Source: Acetatifactor sp.
Lineage (GTDB): Bacteria > Bacillota > Clostridia > Lachnospirales > Lachnospiraceae
Length of the DNA stretch: 59,156 bases
Assembly (NCBI GenBank): GCA_029050705.1
Contig: JAIDME010000194.1
Span: forward strand, 1 to 59,156
Direction: 5' to 3'
Numbering within the stretch: the first letter of the stretch is position 1; every line of letters starts with the position of its first letter. Positions 29,430 to 39,221 of this stretch are shown here, in pieces. The notes under the pieces are model-generated. The model ran no database searches and was not told the origin of the DNA. It saw only the letters and a list, made by a program, of their open reading frames with translations. Position numbers and translations under genes: made by a program.

Positions 29430-30152
29430 ATGCAGATAGCGATATGCGATGATATACAAAAGGAGCTGGAAACAATCAGGGCAGCTTTAGATACCTATAC
29501 GGAGACACATCCCGAATTGCATTTTGATATTGATGAGTACAATGCGGCAAAGGATATTTTAAATGCTGTGGAAAAAGGAAAAACATATGATATAGCACTT
29601 TTGGACATTTGTATGCCGGGTGTTCTCGGAACGGATGTTGCGGAGGAAATGCTATCCAAAAGCCCGGATATGGGTATTGTTTTTCTTTCACTCAGCGCTG
29701 AATATGTGGTAACGGCATTTGAACTGAATGCCACTCATTATCTGCTCAAGCCTTTTTCTCAGGATCAGTTTAACGCAGCCCTTGACCGTGCGGTCAAAAA
29801 AACAGAGGATCAGCATTTCCTTTCCCTTGCCTGTGTGGATGGTATGTACCGGGTCAGTGTAGGTAAAATAGTATCCATAGAGTCGCAGAAGCATTATCTG
29901 GTGATCAATCTTTCTTCCGGTGAAATTCTTAAGCTGCGTATGAAATTATCACAGATGTTTGAGAAAATGCAGAATTATCCCGGATTTATAAAAGTGGGAG
30001 CCTCTTATGTCGTGAACCTCGTTTTTGTGCGGAGAATTTCAGGAAATACTTTGGAAATGTTTAACGGCATCAAAATATCAATTCCCAGAAGGAGCAGTGA
30101 AGAAGTGCAGAAAATATATATGGATTTCTGCCGGAAAGAGGCGTTGAGATGA
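29430..30152 (+). CDS. LytTR family response regulator
   Basis: IAICDD, LLDICMP, HYLLKP, FIKVGASYVVNL. Confidence 0.9.
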   Translation: MQIAICDDIQKELETIRAALDTYTETHPELHFDIDEYNAAKDILNAVEKGKTYDIALLDICMPGVLGTDVAEEMLSKSPDMGIVFLSLSAEYVVTAFELNATHYLLKPFSQDQFNAALDRAVKKTEDQHFLSLACVDGMYRVSVGKIVSIESQKHYLVINLSSGEILKLRMKLSQMFEKMQNYPGFIKVGASYVVNLVFVRRISGNTLEMFNGIKISIPRRSSEEVQKIYMDFCRKEALR

Positions 30153-31044
30153 GCGGATTATACCAGCTTCCGGGACTATTCCTTACGGTGTTGTGTCATG
30201 TGATCGTAATTTATCATATGGCAGAACACAGATATTCCGGTAAGAAATTTGTGCTTTATAGCTGTATATTTGCAGTTGTTTTTTTTATTCATGCATTGTT
30301 TCAAAGGACTGTTTTTCGAAAAAATGTTTTTTATTTATCACTTATTTCTGTTTGTTTTCTGTTCTGGACAATATATTGAAATTAATGGTTAAATTATTTC
30401 TGTCACAGATTTCTGAAGTGACAGGATATTATGTGACGATCGTGCTGCGCAGTATAGTCTTATTGCTGGCAGCGGCTCTGTACAAAAAGTATGCCGTAGC
30501 AATTTTCCGTTCTTTAATGGATAGTGGGAAAAGATGGTGGAATCTGGCGCTGATCGCTATGTTGTTCTATCTGTTACAAGCTGCGGTGACTGTATTGAAT
30601 GCAGGAAATTTTATACCGGATGTGTATCTGCTTTTGGCGTTTGCCGCAATCAGCTTTATTATGTGTGCGGTATATGGTGTTGTCTTCAGCAATGTCAGCT
30701 ATATGAAAAAGGATACGGAGGCGGCGTTAGTCCGCCAGAACGCAGAATATCTTTCTAACCGGCTGTCTGTCCTGCAAAGAGCGGAGGAGGCAAACCGCAG
30801 GCTCCGGCATGATATGCGGCACCACATTGAAGCAATCGCGGAATATGCAAAAACAGGCGACACCTCTGCCATCCTTGCATATATCGGAGAATACGGCACT
30901 GAAATTTCGGAAGCCGCAGTAAAGAGTTACTCTGAAAACCGGACGGTAAACAGTATCCTTTCAGTCTGCCAGAAATATGACGGCAATCTGGATTATACAA
31001 TAGAAAATAATGTCTGTTCCGCCTGTGCGGTCTTGAATCTGTAA
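30149..31044 (+). pseudogene. Degenerate AgrC-like sensor kinase (frameshift plus ATPase deletion)
   Basis: Split into 30149..30379 and 30352..31044 at a T8 run (30279-30286); H-box RHDMRHH retained, N and G boxes absent. Confidence 0.8.
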
Positions 31045-31106
31045 GGCCGTCAATAGGTTTCTAATTATTCATTTCACTCGCATCCGGATGATAAATATTC
31101 AACCTT

Positions 31107-31133
31107 TGTAACCTTTTCGCAAATCACATCGTA
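31107..31133 (+). promoter_or_regulatory. ECF sigma-type promoter, probably autoregulatory
   Basis: tgtaac-N17-cgta, resembling Bacillus SigX/SigW promoters, directly upstream of the ECF gene. Confidence 0.65.
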
Positions 31134-31168
31134 CTACAATATGAATACACAAGGAAGGAGAGTCAAAC

Positions 31169-31711
31169 ATGACCGACAAGGATCTTTGTCTTCGTCTGCG
31201 AAATGGCAGCCGGTCGGCGTTAAATGAGATAATCACCAGATTTACGCCCTATGTAGGAGCAGTGGCGTGGAGAGTTATGTGTCCGATCGCAACTCGTGAG
31301 GATTTGGAGGAAGTAGTAGCGGATACATTTATTATTCTTTGGAATCACCGATTAGAGATAGATGCGACATCCATCAGAGCATGGCTGGCAAAAGTGGCGA
31401 AAAATAAAGCTATTGATAAAATGCGAGCCATGAAGTTGATGGTACCGCTATCCGATGAGGAAGCGTGCGGAACAGGCAATGTTGATCCTGAAGAAAGAAT
31501 GATTCAGCTTGATCGTTATACAAGACTATGGGACGCCGTGAATTCATTGGAAGAACCGGATCGAACAATCTTTTTAAGACATTATTATGGAAATGAAAAA
31601 ATAGGTGCGATTGCAAAAGCAATGGGGATGCAAACGAGCAACATAAAAACGCGGCTTCATAGGGGAAGGAAGCGTCTAAGGGAATTATTAGATGAAGGAG
31701 AAAATGAATGA
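31169..31711 (+). CDS. ECF RNA polymerase sigma factor
   Basis: Region 2 DLEEVVADTFIILW...WLAKVAKNKAID; region 4 IKTRLHRGRKRLR. Confidence 0.93.
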   Translation: MTDKDLCLRLRNGSRSALNEIITRFTPYVGAVAWRVMCPIATREDLEEVVADTFIILWNHRLEIDATSIRAWLAKVAKNKAIDKMRAMKLMVPLSDEEACGTGNVDPEERMIQLDRYTRLWDAVNSLEEPDRTIFLRHYYGNEKIGAIAKAMGMQTSNIKTRLHRGRKRLRELLDEGENE

Positions 31712-32370
31712 TGAAGCAGAATCTGAATGAATTATGGCAGGCAGTATATGAAGAGGATGCAGAATTTAAGTCTGTTAATACTGCGAACATAAAGAAGAGG
31801 GTTAACAAAGCAATCAATAATAATTCAATGCATATTAGTGCAGTGCTGATTCCGGTAATGGTTCTGATAGTCACGATACTGTTTGCAGGCACGCTGCTCA
31901 TAATAAGAAACCCTGAACGACAAGAAGATGACGGAAAAGATGTTTTTGATAATGTACAATGGATGTCAGGACAGTCAAAAACTGAAAAAATGATGTCAGT
32001 GAATGACAATGATAAAGAAACCATGAGCATTCCGATAACTGAGGAGTATGCCACTGACGCCGAAGATCCTCTTGGAAGAATAAGATCAACCATACTAAAA
32101 GATGGATTTTATTATGTGCCGGCGAGGAAAGGAGATGATGTTTTATCGGTATGTGACGGAACGGTTACCGGAGCAGGATGGGAATCCGGATACGGCTATT
32201 GCGTTTCAATATTGGATGCAGAAGGGCGTACTTGGAAATACGCACACTGTAACGAGACATTGGTTAACATAGGTGATGACATACATGTGGGTGATTTGAT
32301 AGCGTATGCCGGAAGTACGGGATTGGTGACGGAGAATGCGATTCACATTAAATTGATTGATTCTGACTGA
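31708..32370 (+). CDS. Putative anti-sigma factor with degenerate M23/LytM domain
   Basis: Short N-terminus, one TM helix, M23-like GTVTGAGWESGYG...YAHC...GDLIAYAGSTG; zinc ligand motifs missing. Confidence 0.7.
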   Translation: MMKQNLNELWQAVYEEDAEFKSVNTANIKKRVNKAINNNSMHISAVLIPVMVLIVTILFAGTLLIIRNPERQEDDGKDVFDNVQWMSGQSKTEKMMSVNDNDKETMSIPITEEYATDAEDPLGRIRSTILKDGFYYVPARKGDDVLSVCDGTVTGAGWESGYGYCVSILDAEGRTWKYAHCNETLVNIGDDIHVGDLIAYAGSTGLVTENAIHIKLIDSD

Positions 32371-32480
32371 TCCAGGAATTGGAGATGGCGAATCATTCTG
32401 ACGACTCCATGTCCGAAAGGGGTGATACAGACATTTTAATACTGCGCGTATAATAACTGTTAAAGGGTATGGGTATTGCG

Positions 32481-32539
32481 TTACGATTATTGACGAGGAA
32501 CAAAGGCGCGTGCCCTGTCAATAGGTTCGTAATTTTTTT
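32481..32539 (+). terminator. Hairpin plus T-run after the ECF operon
   Basis: ttacga-ttattgac...gtcaatag-gt-tcgtaa followed by ttttttt. Confidence 0.5.
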
Positions 32540-32573
32540 GACCAAATCTGCCTGAAAACCGACCAAATCTGCC
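32540..32573 (+). promoter_or_regulatory. Perfect 13 bp direct repeat at 21 bp period (LytTR-like box)
   Basis: gaccaaatctgcc at 32540 and 32561, upstream of extended -10 tgttatagt and the MCP gene. Confidence 0.6.
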
Positions 32574-32646
32574 AAAACCACTTTTTAAGTGGTTTTTTTG
32601 TTATAGTAAATTAGGATTTTATTACAGAAAGAAGGATAAAAACGCT

Positions 32647-34362
32647 ATGCTTAAAACTATGATGAAAAATTTTGAACACAAACTACTTAATAAAAAGATG
32701 CAGGAGAAAATGTCAATATCATTTAGCATGGTTATAAGGCTTATGATAGCATGTCTGATAGTTGCGATTGTCGGCTTAACTTATGTGTCTTCGAAACTTA
32801 AGACTTTTTATCAGTCTTCCTATAATAATGTGGCGTTGGCGCATTCAAGTTATGGTAACCTTCAGGAAGGTGCAAAGAACCTTCTTCACGCATGTCTTAT
32901 ATCGGATCCTGAAATTGTTGAGAGCAGGCTTGCGCTTGCAGATACCTGTTTTGATAAGATGAAACAGGAGCTTATTGATTTGAAAAAAACCAGTTTTGCG
33001 GATAAATCCGTATTTGATGCAATGGATGGCGATACAGAGGTAATCGACGCATTGATTGTACAATTTCGTGAATTCAGCCGCCAAAATGATATCGAAAATG
33101 CATTTATTGTATATAGCCAGCAAATGCTTTCGTATTTTGCTGATATAAGCGCTAATATCACGACAATTGAGGAAGTAGAGGCCGAGAATGCAGCAGCTAT
33201 GTACAAAGCTTCCCAAATCACCAAGTATATCTGCATAGTCATATTGGTCATGGCAGGTGTTCTCAGTATACTGCTCGGAAGGAACGTTTCCGCAATACTG
33301 TCTAAGGCACTCAACAGCTCAACTTCTGAGCTGCAGGCGGCATCAGTACAGATGGCATCGGGTAATTTTGATGTCAGCATTAACTATACATCAGAGGATG
33401 AGCTTGGCGGTCTGGCGGACGCCATGCGAAATATGGTGGATACAACACATGCGGTTGTTTCTGACGCGGGCAGGATGCTCAGTGGTCTGGCAGAGGGGGA
33501 TTTTACCGTACAAACAGAAATGGAAGAAAAATATATCGGCATTTATGAAACATTAAAAAATGCCATGCAGAATTTAAAAGTCCGGCTAAGTGAAACGATA
33601 CAGGGTATAGGCGATGTAGCCGATCAGGTAAATACCGGAGCTACACAGCTTGCCCAAAGTGCCCAGCATCTTGCGGAAGGCGCCACGGAGCAGGCCGGAG
33701 CCATTGAGGAGCTTACAGCACAGGTTGAGAATGTGACTGATATGACAAAGGATAGTGCGGCAGAAACGCAAAAGGCGGCAGAAAGTATAGAAATGATTGC
33801 GGACGAAGCCATGCAGGGGCAGGAAGAGGTTTATCGCCTGATTGATGCGATGGATAGAATCAACAGCACATCGAAGGAAATAGAAAATATCATCACGGAT
33901 ATTGAGGATATTGCCTCACAGACTAATCTGCTTTCACTGAATGCTTCCATAGAGGCTGCAAGAGCCGGAGAGGCAGGAAGGGGATTTGCTGTTGTGGCAG
34001 ACCAAATTGGAAATCTTGCCGCCAGCAGCGCACAATCTGCTGTGCATACAAGAGAGCTGATAGCTAAGGCACTTGAGGAGGTTACAGATGGAAGCAGGAT
34101 TACAATGAATACCGCAGAGGTGCTGAAGAAGGTGCTGAGCTCCATGGACGGAATAAAGGAAAATGCTAAAAATTCAAGTGAAGGATCCAAAAAGCAGGCA
34201 GAAATGATGAAGGAGATATTGTCCGGAATTGAGCAGATTTCATCTGTCATACAGACTAATTCCGCTATGGCGCAGCAGACTTCCGCTACCAGCGAGGAGC
34301 TGACAAGCCAGTCAGAAACATTAAACAGTATGGTTTCCGCTTTTAAAACCAACGCCTCATAG
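32647..34362 (+). CDS. Methyl-accepting chemotaxis protein (helical sensor plus HAMP)
   Basis: Two [42 protein letters not shown]. Confidence 0.95.
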   Translation: MLKTMMKNFEHKLLNKKMQEKMSISFSMVIRLMIACLIVAIVGLTYVSSKLKTFYQSSYNNVALAHSSYGNLQEGAKNLLHACLISDPEIVESRLALADTCFDKMKQELIDLKKTSFADKSVFDAMDGDTEVIDALIVQFREFSRQNDIENAFIVYSQQMLSYFADISANITTIEEVEAENAAAMYKASQITKYICIVILVMAGVLSILLGRNVSAILSKALNSSTSELQAASVQMASGNFDVSINYTSEDELGGLADAMRNMVDTTHAVVSDAGRMLSGLAEGDFTVQTEMEEKYIGIYETLKNAMQNLKVRLSETIQGIGDVADQVNTGATQLAQSAQHLAEGATEQAGAIEELTAQVENVTDMTKDSAAETQKAAESIEMIADEAMQGQEEVYRLIDAMDRINSTSKEIENIITDIEDIASQTNLLSLNASIEAARAGEAGRGFAVVADQIGNLAASSAQSAVHTRELIAKALEEVTDGSRITMNTAEVLKKVLSSMDGIKENAKNSSEGSKKQAEMMKEILSGIEQISSVIQTNSAMAQQTSATSEELTSQSETLNSMVSAFKTNAS

Positions 34363-34535
34363 CTTGTCAGGCAGTGTCAAAGGGAAGTTAAATAAGCTTG
34401 AGGTATATAATCATGGACGACGAAAACGGGATATACATTTGCGGGGTGGAAGATAAACAGCGGCGGTGATCCTTGTGGCTGTGATTGCAATCCTGAGAAG
34501 AAAAAAGGAAATGGAAGAAGCATAAGAAGAATAAT

Positions 34536-34578
34536 AAGAAAACCAATAGCTCCGCACGGGAGTCTATTGGTTTTTCTT
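34536..34578. terminator. Bidirectional terminator
   Basis: aagaaaaccaatag-ctcc...ggag-tctattggtttttctt between convergent genes. Confidence 0.75.
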
Positions 34579-34609
34579 GTGAATATGCTTAGCACTATGG
34601 AGCGATGCA

Positions 34610-35131
34610 TCAGCATCGCTCCGGTTCCGGATATTCCACGCCGAAGGTATCCACGGTGACGCTCTCCATCACCTGGGATTCCACAGGTCTGTCACTCCAG
34701 TTGGTTTGCGTCTCGGCAATCTTATTCACCACATCCATGCCCTCTATAACTTTTCCAAACGCAGCATAGCCGCCGTCCAGATGGGGGCTTGTCTTATGCA
34801 TGATGAAGAACTGACTGCCTGCGGAATCGGGGTCCTGCGCTCTTGCCATAGAGAGTACGCCCTCCGTGTGCTTCAGGGAATTCGGGAAGCCGTTTTGCGC
34901 AAATTCGCCCTTGATGCCGTATCCGGGGCCGCCCATACCTGTTCCGTCGGGGCATCCGCCCTGAATCATAAAGCCCTTGATGACCCGGTGGAAGATCAGT
35001 CCGTCATAAAATTTTTTATTGATCAGGCTGATAAAGTTATTCACGGAATTAGGCGCAATTTCAGGATAAAGCTCCGCTTTGATCACATCTCCGCCTTTCA
35101 TGGTAATGGTAACAATAGGATTTTGTGCCAT
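34610..35131 (-). CDS. ppiB: Cyclophilin-type peptidyl-prolyl isomerase
   Basis: [38 protein letters not shown]. Confidence 0.95.
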   Translation of the reverse strand: MAQNPIVTITMKGGDVIKAELYPEIAPNSVNNFISLINKKFYDGLIFHRVIKGFMIQGGCPDGTGMGGPGYGIKGEFAQNGFPNSLKHTEGVLSMARAQDPDSAGSQFFIMHKTSPHLDGGYAAFGKVIEGMDVVNKIAETQTNWSDRPVESQVMESVTVDTFGVEYPEPERC

Positions 35132-35220
35132 AATAGTTGTCCTTTCCTGTAAAAAGTGTATTATTATAAGGTGTATTATACTCTAAACAGAATATACCGT
35201 AAAGCTTTATTTCCGTGAGA

Positions 35221-35310
35221 AATGAGTCAGGCCAGCCATGCTGACTTTGTGTCTTGCCTGCATGAGCATGAAGTCAGCAAGCTAACAAAGTTGACCTGGC
35301 GAATGCCGCG
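35221..35310. repeat. REP-like palindromic intergenic repeat, long copy
   Basis: aatgagtcaggccagc...gttgacctggcgaatgccgcg with nested tgctgactt/aagtcagca; shares both ends with 40229-40267. Confidence 0.6.
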
Positions 35311-35335
35311 GGGTAATTGACGGTGGAGGTGCAGC

Positions 35336-36100
35336 TTGAGTTATTTGAAGACAATAGAGGTGAATACGGCAGAGCTGAAAGGGACTCTGTATGTGACGGA
35401 CGATCCCTCGGAGGCAGAGCGGCTGCGGGACAGGAGTGAGGCCGTGCTGGTCTATTTTCATGAGGGAAACAGGGATAAGGACTTTTCAGGATTCACCTTC
35501 GGAGTGGAGGCCCCGGAGCATCTGGAGGAGGATTATGTGGAGCGGGTATACCGGAGACTTAAGGGCCTGCCCTGGAATATTCTGGAGACGGAGAGATGTC
35601 TGATCCGGGAGACTACGCCGGAGGATGTGGAGGATTTTTTTCATATCTACAGCGACCCGGCTATCACGGAATATATGGAGGGACTGTATCCTGATAAGGA
35701 GCAGGAGAAGGAATATATCAGGGAGTACATCAAAAAGATATACACGTTTTATGAATTCGGAGTCTGGACGGTGGTGGAAAAAAGCAGCGGTTCCGTCATC
35801 GGCAGGGCGGGATTTTCTTACCGTGAGGGCTATGATGAGCCGGAGCTTGGGTTTATCATCGGCGTCCCCTGGCAGAGGCGGGGGTACGGCGAGGAGGTCT
35901 GCAGGGCAATTCTGAATTACGGCTGGAATGTGCTGGGCTTTAACAGGGTTCAGGCGCTGGTGGAGACGGAGAACGCGGCATCCCTGAATCTGTGCGATAA
36001 GCTGGGATTCAGGGCGGTGGAGGAGCTGTCCATGGGAGAAAGAGGGTATTTTTTGCTGAAATGTCCCAAGGAACAGTCTGAGCAATTTGTAGAAAAATAA
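35336..36100 (+). CDS. RimJ/RimL-type GNAT acetyltransferase with N-terminal extension
   Basis: ILETERCLIR, IGRAG, ELGF, WQRRGYG, NAASLNLCDKLGF; TTG start after ggaggt. Confidence 0.85.
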   Translation: MSYLKTIEVNTAELKGTLYVTDDPSEAERLRDRSEAVLVYFHEGNRDKDFSGFTFGVEAPEHLEEDYVERVYRRLKGLPWNILETERCLIRETTPEDVEDFFHIYSDPAITEYMEGLYPDKEQEKEYIREYIKKIYTFYEFGVWTVVEKSSGSVIGRAGFSYREGYDEPELGFIIGVPWQRRGYGEEVCRAILNYGWNVLGFNRVQALVETENAASLNLCDKLGFRAVEELSMGERGYFLLKCPKEQSEQFVEK

Positions 36101-36134
36101 AGGGAAATAGGTTGAATTTTTAGAAAAAATGTAG

Positions 36135-36214
36135 TTGACGATTAAAATCGGGCAGTGCTATACTTCCCTACATAAAGAGCGAAGGCGCTATGGAGAAATC
36201 CGTAGCGCCTTTTT
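36135..36214 (+). promoter_or_regulatory. amtB promoter with leader terminator (ANTAR-like attenuator)
   Basis: ttgacg-N18-tatact, then agc-gaaggc-gct overlapping aaggcgctatgga-gaaa-tccgtagcgccttttt. Confidence 0.65.
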
Positions 36215-36336
36215 CATTTCCATTTATGGAAATTTCCCACCCGGTGGGAGAGTGATGCAAAGCGGCATGGAAGGGAGGAAGCCGGCATCGTAAATATATG
36301 GGCAGGAGCGCCCGGCACAGTGAGGAGGAAAAAATT

Positions 36337-38103
36337 ATGACAGAGGAAATTTTGAGTACCGTTCGAGGTGAGATGTTTGGCATTTGGTTTTTGATCGGCG
36401 CTGCATTGGTATTCTGGATGCAGGCGGGCTTTGCGATGGTGGAGGCAGGTTTCACCAGAGCAAAGAATGCGGGAAACATTATTATGAAAAATCTGATGGA
36501 TTTCTGTATCGGCACAGTTGTGTTCATACTGATCGGATTCGGCCTGCTGCTGGGGGAGGATCTGGCGGGATTGATCGGTAAGCCCGGATTTGATATCTTT
36601 ACTGCATACGAAAATTTCGACTGGTCGAACTTTGTGTTCAACCTGGTGTTCTGCGCCACCACCGCTACCATTGTATCAGGAGCCATGGCGGAGAGGACAA
36701 AGTTTTTATCCTACTGTATTTATTCAGCGGTGATCTCCGCGGTGATCTATCCCATCGAGGCTCATTGGATATGGGGCGGCGGCTGGCTGTCGCAGTTGGG
36801 CTTCCATGATTTCGCAGGGTCCTGCGCCATTCATATGGTAGGCGGTATTTCCGCGCTGGTGGGCGCTAAGATTCTGGGCCCCCGCATCGGTAAGTTTACA
36901 AAAGGCAGGGACGGAAAGATCACAAAGGTGAATGCTTTTCCCGGGCACAATCTTCCCATCGGTGCCCTTGGGGTGTTCATTCTGTGGCTCGGCTGGTACG
37001 GTTTTAACGGAGCTGCAGCAACCAGTCTGGAGCAGTTGGGTTCTATCTTTGTAACCACTACCATCTCTCCGGCAATTGCCACTGTGGTATGTATGATCTT
37101 TACCTGGATCAAATACGGCAAGCCTGACGTTTCCATGTGCCTGAATGCTTCTCTGGCCGGACTTGTGGCAATCACGGCGTCATGTGATGTCACGGATGCA
37201 CTTGGATCTATAGTGATCGGCACAGTGGCGGGGCTGCTGGTGGTATTCGGCGTGTGGTTCCTTGACAATAAACTGCGCATTGACGACCCGGTGGGCGCAG
37301 TGGCGGTTCACTGCCTGAACGGCATCTGGGGCACTATAGCGGTGGGTCTGTTTGCCACCAATACCGCCCCCGGATACGGGATTGCTGATGCAGACGGTGT
37401 CGAACTGACAGGATTGTTCTACGGCGGCGGAGTGAAATTGCTGGGTCTGCAGCTGCTGGGCTTCGGGGCAGTGGCGGCTTGGACGCTGGTGACGATAACA
37501 ATTGTATTTTTGATCATCAGGGCGACAGCCGGCCTCCGTGTCTCCGAGGAGGAAGAGATTGTGGGTCTGGATGTGAAGGAGCACGGCCTGGCTTCCGCTT
37601 ATGCGGGATTCTCCATCATGGATGTGTCCGGCGGAGTTATGGATGTCAATGAAAATACCGACCTTGGGGAGAGCGATTATGAGGCTGCTTCAGAGGTGAA
37701 GAAAAAAGCGGCGGTGCCTGTGGTGGAGATTCCCGCGGCGGCGCCCACAGGAATTTACAAGGTTGTGATCATCGCCAGGATGACACGATATGACGTATTG
37801 AGAAAAGCCATGAATGACCTTGGAGTAACCGGTATGACAGTTACAAATGTAATGGGCTGCGGCATTCAAAAGGGCGCAGGGGAGAGATACCGTGGAGTCG
37901 AAGTGGATGCAACCCTGCTTCCCAAAGTCAAGGTTGAGGTGGTTGTCAGCAAGATACCTGTGGCCGATGTGATCGAAGCGGCCAAGAAGGTTCTGTATAC
38001 CGGACATATCGGTGACGGTAAGATCTTTGTATACAATGTAGATAAGGTTGTAAAGATCCGCACAGGCGAGGAGGATTTTGCCGCGCTGCAGGATGTGGAA
38101 TAA
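36337..38103 (+). CDS. amtB: Ammonium transporter AmtB fused to C-terminal PII (GlnK/GlnB) domain
   Basis: MQAGFAMVEAG, DFAGS, GWYGFN, DDPVGAVAVH; then GVTGMTV, YRG, GDGKIFV, KIRTGE. Confidence 0.95.
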   Translation: MTEEILSTVRGEMFGIWFLIGAALVFWMQAGFAMVEAGFTRAKNAGNIIMKNLMDFCIGTVVFILIGFGLLLGEDLAGLIGKPGFDIFTAYENFDWSNFVFNLVFCATTATIVSGAMAERTKFLSYCIYSAVISAVIYPIEAHWIWGGGWLSQLGFHDFAGSCAIHMVGGISALVGAKILGPRIGKFTKGRDGKITKVNAFPGHNLPIGALGVFILWLGWYGFNGAAATSLEQLGSIFVTTTISPAIATVVCMIFTWIKYGKPDVSMCLNASLAGLVAITASCDVTDALGSIVIGTVAGLLVVFGVWFLDNKLRIDDPVGAVAVHCLNGIWGTIAVGLFATNTAPGYGIADADGVELTGLFYGGGVKLLGLQLLGFGAVAAWTLVTITIVFLIIRATAGLRVSEEEEIVGLDVKEHGLASAYAGFSIMDVSGGVMDVNENTDLGESDYEAASEVKKKAAVPVVEIPAAAPTGIYKVVIIARMTRYDVLRKAMNDLGVTGMTVTNVMGCGIQKGAGERYRGVEVDATLLPKVKVEVVVSKIPVADVIEAAKKVLYTGHIGDGKIFVYNVDKVVKIRTGEEDFAALQDVE

Positions 38104-38123
38104 CGCGAGAAGAAAAGGAATGC

Positions 38124-38155
38124 AGTCCCGGGTGTTGCGGCATCCGGGACTTTTT
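38124..38155 (+). terminator. Rho-independent terminator
   Basis: agtcccgggtgt-tgc-ggcatccgggact plus T-run. Confidence 0.85.
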
Positions 38156-38260
38156 ATGAGAATAAGCCCTTCAGAGATCAATGTCTCCTTGTCTTTTCTA
38201 AACAGATTTAGTAAAATAAAATTATAGTGGCTGAGAAAGAAATACAGCAAGATAAGGAGC

Positions 38261-39169
38261 ATGGACATGGTTAAGGTGATAGTGATAGCAATTCTTCTGA
38301 TACTGGCAATTCTGGCGGTGGTCTCCTGCCTGTTGGCGGCGTATGTGGCAAGACCCCGTTACACCAGTCTGGAGAAGGCCAGAAAGATTGCGGAGGATGC
38401 AGGCTTCTGGCGGGATTATGATAAGCTGGAGAAGGAGGATCTTGAGATAGAGTCCTATGACGGGTATCGCCTGAAAGCCTTTTATGTTCCGGCACCGCAG
38501 ATATCTGACAGATATGTCATAATTTCCCATGGATATACCTACAACAGACACGGAAGTCTGCGTTATTTACATATGTTCCGTTCCTTTGGCTATAACTGCC
38601 TGATTTATGACAACAGGGGACACGGGGCGAATCCCAGGACCAAATGTACCATGGGAGTCAGAGAATCCAAAGATTTACTGCGGGTGATCGACTGGGTCCA
38701 TGAGCGGTTCGGTGAGGATATCATTCTCGGACTGCACGGTGAGTCCATGGGTTCTGCTCTGCAGATCATGGCCCTGAAGGAGAAGCCTAGGGTACAGTTT
38801 GTAGTCAATGACTGCGGATACGCGGATTTGATGGGAGTGCTGACCCATAATATCGGAGGATCTCTGCACCTGCCGAAATGTTTCTGCTATCTTGCCAGCG
38901 CCGCCTGCAGGGTGGTGTATGGATATTCATTTACGGGAGTGCGCCCCATTGATTCGCTTAAAGATAACGCCATACCAATCTGTTTCATGCACGGCGCTGC
39001 GGATGACTTTATTCCCTGCAGCCATTCGGAGAGAATGCATCAGGCCATGACGGCATACAGTGAGCTGCATTTGTTTCCGGGAGCCGCCCACGGTCTTTCC
39101 ATCGACAGCGACGAAGAGGGCTATTGCAGGATTGTGAGGGAGTTTCTGGATAAAGTGCTGGACAGGTAA
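38261..39169 (+). CDS. Membrane-anchored alpha/beta hydrolase
   Basis: N-terminal TM, HGY, DNRGHG, GESMG nucleophile elbow, HGAADD, GAAHG. Confidence 0.9.
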   Translation: MDMVKVIVIAILLILAILAVVSCLLAAYVARPRYTSLEKARKIAEDAGFWRDYDKLEKEDLEIESYDGYRLKAFYVPAPQISDRYVIISHGYTYNRHGSLRYLHMFRSFGYNCLIYDNRGHGANPRTKCTMGVRESKDLLRVIDWVHERFGEDIILGLHGESMGSALQIMALKEKPRVQFVVNDCGYADLMGVLTHNIGGSLHLPKCFCYLASAACRVVYGYSFTGVRPIDSLKDNAIPICFMHGAADDFIPCSHSERMHQAMTAYSELHLFPGAAHGLSIDSDEEGYCRIVREFLDKVLDR

Positions 39170-39221
39170 TCGACGGAAAAATATATTTGGGAATAGTTTC
39201 TAAGTGCAAGGAGGGATTCAC

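Noticed and set aside
30279-30286. Functional phase-variation switch for the kinase
   Set aside because: Restoring the frame still yields a protein without the ATP-binding boxes, so decay is the simpler explanation.
32497-32515. acaaaggcgc as an ANTAR hairpin
   Set aside because: It sits in the loop of a larger terminator-like stem, lacks a proper 3 bp stem, and has no nitrogen gene downstream.
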